Assembly (NCBI GenBank): GCA_012295275.1
Contig: CM022669.1
Location: 6,076,001 to 6,140,000 of the forward strand
Direction: 5' to 3'
Origin: Chrysomallon squamiferum
Lineage: Eukaryota; Animalia; Mollusca
Length of the DNA stretch: 64,000 nt
Shown: in pieces, positions 60,442-64,000 of the stretch
How positions within the stretch are numbered: position 1 is the first letter of the stretch
Layout: each line of letters starts with the position of its first letter
Made by a program: the position numbers and the translations under genes
The notes under the pieces: model-generated
Told to the model about the DNA's origin: nothing
The model's database searches: none
Seen by the model: only the letters and a program-made list of their open reading frames with translations

Positions 60442-61749
60442 AATCATACAAAGAATACGTACGCAGACACACAGAGAGAAACGTAGGTGGACAGACAAAG
60501 ACAAGACAACACAAAACCAGGAACAGGTGTCTGCTTTATCTGATCGTGCTAATGTAGATTTTTGTTGTAGTTGTTGTGTTGGGGGAATTGTTGTTGTTGT
60601 TGTGGTGGTTGTTTTATGTTATTATCATTATTATTTTGTTTTTGATAAGTTTTGGCGAATGTCGGAAGGGGGATATTGTCATCTTTTTGAAATCACAAAA
60701 ACGTTAAATGTTTAATGGCTTCATGTTTTCTTATGACGTCACCGACAGAAGAGGACGAAAACGAGGTTCAACAGCAGTTGTACCAGTTAACATTATTTTA
60801 ATTAAAACAACATAATCATCATCATGGTTGTTGTGTTGTTGTTTTTATTAGTATTGCCATTGTTCTTTACCTTCTTCTTTCTTACAAAATTCGATCTGTA
60901 GCGTACATATGTTTTTTAACAAACCATTTTTAAAAGTGCTGACACATTCCTGATTCTCATCAAACTCAGAACTGACCGTCTGAAGACCAATATTCCTACT
61001 AAACAAACGAATTACGATGTGACAAAACCTTACGTTAAACTCAACTATGAAATAAATAGGACGTACCAAAGACTTCAGTAATCGTCAGTAATCGGATTAC
61101 AGTAGTAGACGTCAAGTATCAAGGCTGTTTGTCATGGTTACGAAGGTAACCAAATGAAGTGGTCACGTTAATTTTGGTGTCGTTTTTCCTGGAGTTGAAA
61201 AGACTAATGCGTTTAGTACCGAAGCCTACTTTATCGCAAAGTTACGTTTGATCGGCTGGCTTTTTAGCTAAGTGTTGAACAGTTTGGTCTCACAGTCAGA
61301 ATAACCTGGTTTAGTATAGCAATGCTGGCGGAGAACGTTTTCTGTTAATCTTCCATCTTCATAATTTTCAGCCAAATTAAATTGTTTTGCTAATCTCTTG
61401 TATAATTCATCTGCCACTTCATTAACCTTCGGTTTTATTTCGATAAACCGTGTCTCGGTAATCTATCACAGGAACCTGATAATTCATAAAAAATGAAGTC
61501 TCCAAAGAGTTATGTCGTTAATGTAGAACCTCACTGACACAACTAATGAAGTGTTATACAGTTATGCTCTCTGTTAATAATACAAATCACAGTTTTGCTG
61601 TCTCACTAAAGTTCAAATGAAAGATTCCTTGTCTTTAATGTAATCATCATTACCCAAAATAAACTTAACGTTATAAGGAGTAGAAATGTCATTAAAACCA
61701 TTGTTGTTTTATGTTTCTTTTTCTTCTTTTAGCATCATCATCATCATCA

Positions 61750-61796
<47 letters not shown>

Positions 61797-62109
61797 GACG
61801 GTTGTGGTAGTGGTTGTTGTCCTAATCGTCGTAGTTTTGTTGGTTGGTGGTGGTGGTGGTGGTAGTTGTCGTGTTATTATTATAAATTATTTACATGTTA
61901 TCGGACTAATGCAATGGACACAATGCTTAAATTTATTCTTATTTATTTTCTTGAGTTTGAGCCGAGGTCATCTGTGATATCCATCATGATTAAATACTTT
62001 TCTTGTCGCCATATTGGCTACACCAACAGTTCGATAAAAGTCCTTGCTGACTCTAAACAAACATTTACTATATTTCTCTTCTTTTTTTTTTTTCCTTTCT
62101 TTCTTTCTT

Positions 62110-62174
<65 letters not shown>

Positions 62175-63021
62175 AAAATTTTTTTTTTTATAATAAATGT
62201 TTTGTTATTTATTAACTTTTACAAACTCCGGTTAATATCTCTCCGTTTCCGATAATAACTCATCAAAAACAAAATCAAACAACACGGGAAATATCGGTCG
62301 ATTCCATAATAAAATTTGCATCGGAAGTCGATTTGCGAATTTTCGGTAATCGCCGCTAGACAAAACGAACTAGCACTTCAAGAATTCACGACACATCTCT
62401 CCCACTCTCTGCCGATGAGTTTCTCAGTGCTGAGAACGGCCAAATGGCCAAATGACATTTTCAAAGGGAAAAGACGGGGAAAAGTTTGTATAAAATTAAC
62501 ACAGTAAAAGGTTTTTAATTCCACAAAACCATCGTTTACATTTTTAATGAAGATTCCTTTTTCAACACGAAACCAGTCTCGCTGTCGACTGGAATACGTC
62601 ACACTATTCTCCATGACACCAAACCGATTGATCTGTCGCACGTTAATTAAGTAAATCTAATGAATATTAATCATTCATCGACAATTTAACTCCCGAATCC
62701 TTTGAAATATATTACTGTTTACTTCTTTATACTAATACATTTTTCTTTTTACTTTTCTTCTTCTTCTTCTTCTTGTTTTCATTTTTACTTTTTAATTTTT
62801 TAATGTTCTTTCTTTCTTTCTTTCTTCACTCATTCATTCATTCATTTATTTATTTATTGTTACTATAAGCAGTAGCAGCAACAACAATACCATCATCTTC
62901 CTCGTTATGTTATTGTTGGGTTTTGGTTCTGCTTTTTACTGTTATTTATTTACTGATCACACCAAGAATCTCTCAAAGTGAACCTGTATATTTTTTAAAC
63001 TTAATTTTCAAATTTCTTCTT

Positions 63022-63145
<124 letters not shown>

Positions 63146-64000
63146 TTTCTCGTTCATAAACTGTCGTTAACACATATCCGTTTGTTCTTTCATTCTTTTC
63201 TCCTGTTTTTGGTTCTGTCTATGCGTACGGGCGTGAAGAGTATATTTTCTTTTTCTCTTTTATTATTCATCGTTTTCTTTAATTATAAATAGCTATCAAT
63301 CTGCTTGAAACCTTATACACTTTAAAAGTAGTGTTATAATCCTTAAAAAAAACAAAAAATGTAACAAAATCCAAATTAATATCGGATCACATCTGTTTCT
63401 CTTTCTTTTTAAAAACATCCATCACTGAAAAAAAAAAAAAAAAAAATCATTTAAAACAAATACAAGAAAGATAATGATGATATCCTACATATTTTTCTAA
63501 TCTCAACCAACATCTATCTCAGTACGTTCCTCTTTATCTCGGTTCACTTTTCTATTAATTATTATTATTTTTTTTTTTTTTTTTTGCCTTGTAAGCAGAA
63601 GAGCACTAAACTTTTTCATCTTAACACAAAGCAGTTACTAATCTTCCAAGACTGACCCATATTTTAATTCCCTCAGTCGATGAACCGGTGTTTTTAAAAA
63701 TCCCTCTCTTGTCAGTCATCATCTTCGTCTAAACTGCAGACTTCAAGTACACCGAGCTGCAATAAGACCGCATTTTCAGCCCAGCACGAAGCAAATAATC
63801 TTGTTAAAGCAATAATTAGAAAAGCAGACGCTTTGAGCCTGGCGCTAGATATTTTTTTATTGAGGATCAGATATACGGAGAGTAACTGACACTAACGAAA
63901 ACTGAATTAAGTCACTCGGATCCGGCTTTTGCTGATTGAGGCGCTGAATTAAAGGTACATGACAGCGAGAGAGTTTTGAATTTTAGGCCCTTTTGGAGCA

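Noticed and set aside
63716-63863. Open frame after an acceptor-like ctcttgtcag as receptor exon 2
   Set aside because: The translation (SSSSSKLQTSSTPSC...) shows no ECL2/TM5 similarity and ends in a stop.

Overview
AT-rich, microsatellite-dense animal genomic DNA, most likely molluscan (inferred from PAN+C-type-lectin genes, an AKH/GnRH-type receptor of lophotrochozoan appearance and V-SINE-like relics). It is not prokaryotic, and almost all ORFs in the supplied track are simple-repeat artefacts. Three spliced genes can be reconstructed by hand. Two are tandem minus-strand, 4-exon paralogs encoding secreted signal peptide + PAN/Apple + long-form C-type lectin domain (CTLD) proteins: lectin A (7333-9721, 240 aa) keeps canonical EPN/WND sugar-binding motifs, while lectin B (12221-15040, 244 aa) has SSD/WFQ instead. 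Both keep one apparently unpaired N-terminal Cys. The third is the first coding exon (27555-28103, TM1-TM4) of a plus-strand GnRH/AKH-type GPCR, with a candidate CCAAT/TATA promoter and a uORF-rich leader. No second exon is recognisable in the remaining ~36 kb, which holds SINE relics, minisatellites and long simple repeats. The best candidate for an undescribed system is the asymmetric PAN-CTLD pair, possibly a disulfide-linked binder/non-binder dimer; this is a hypothesis only.
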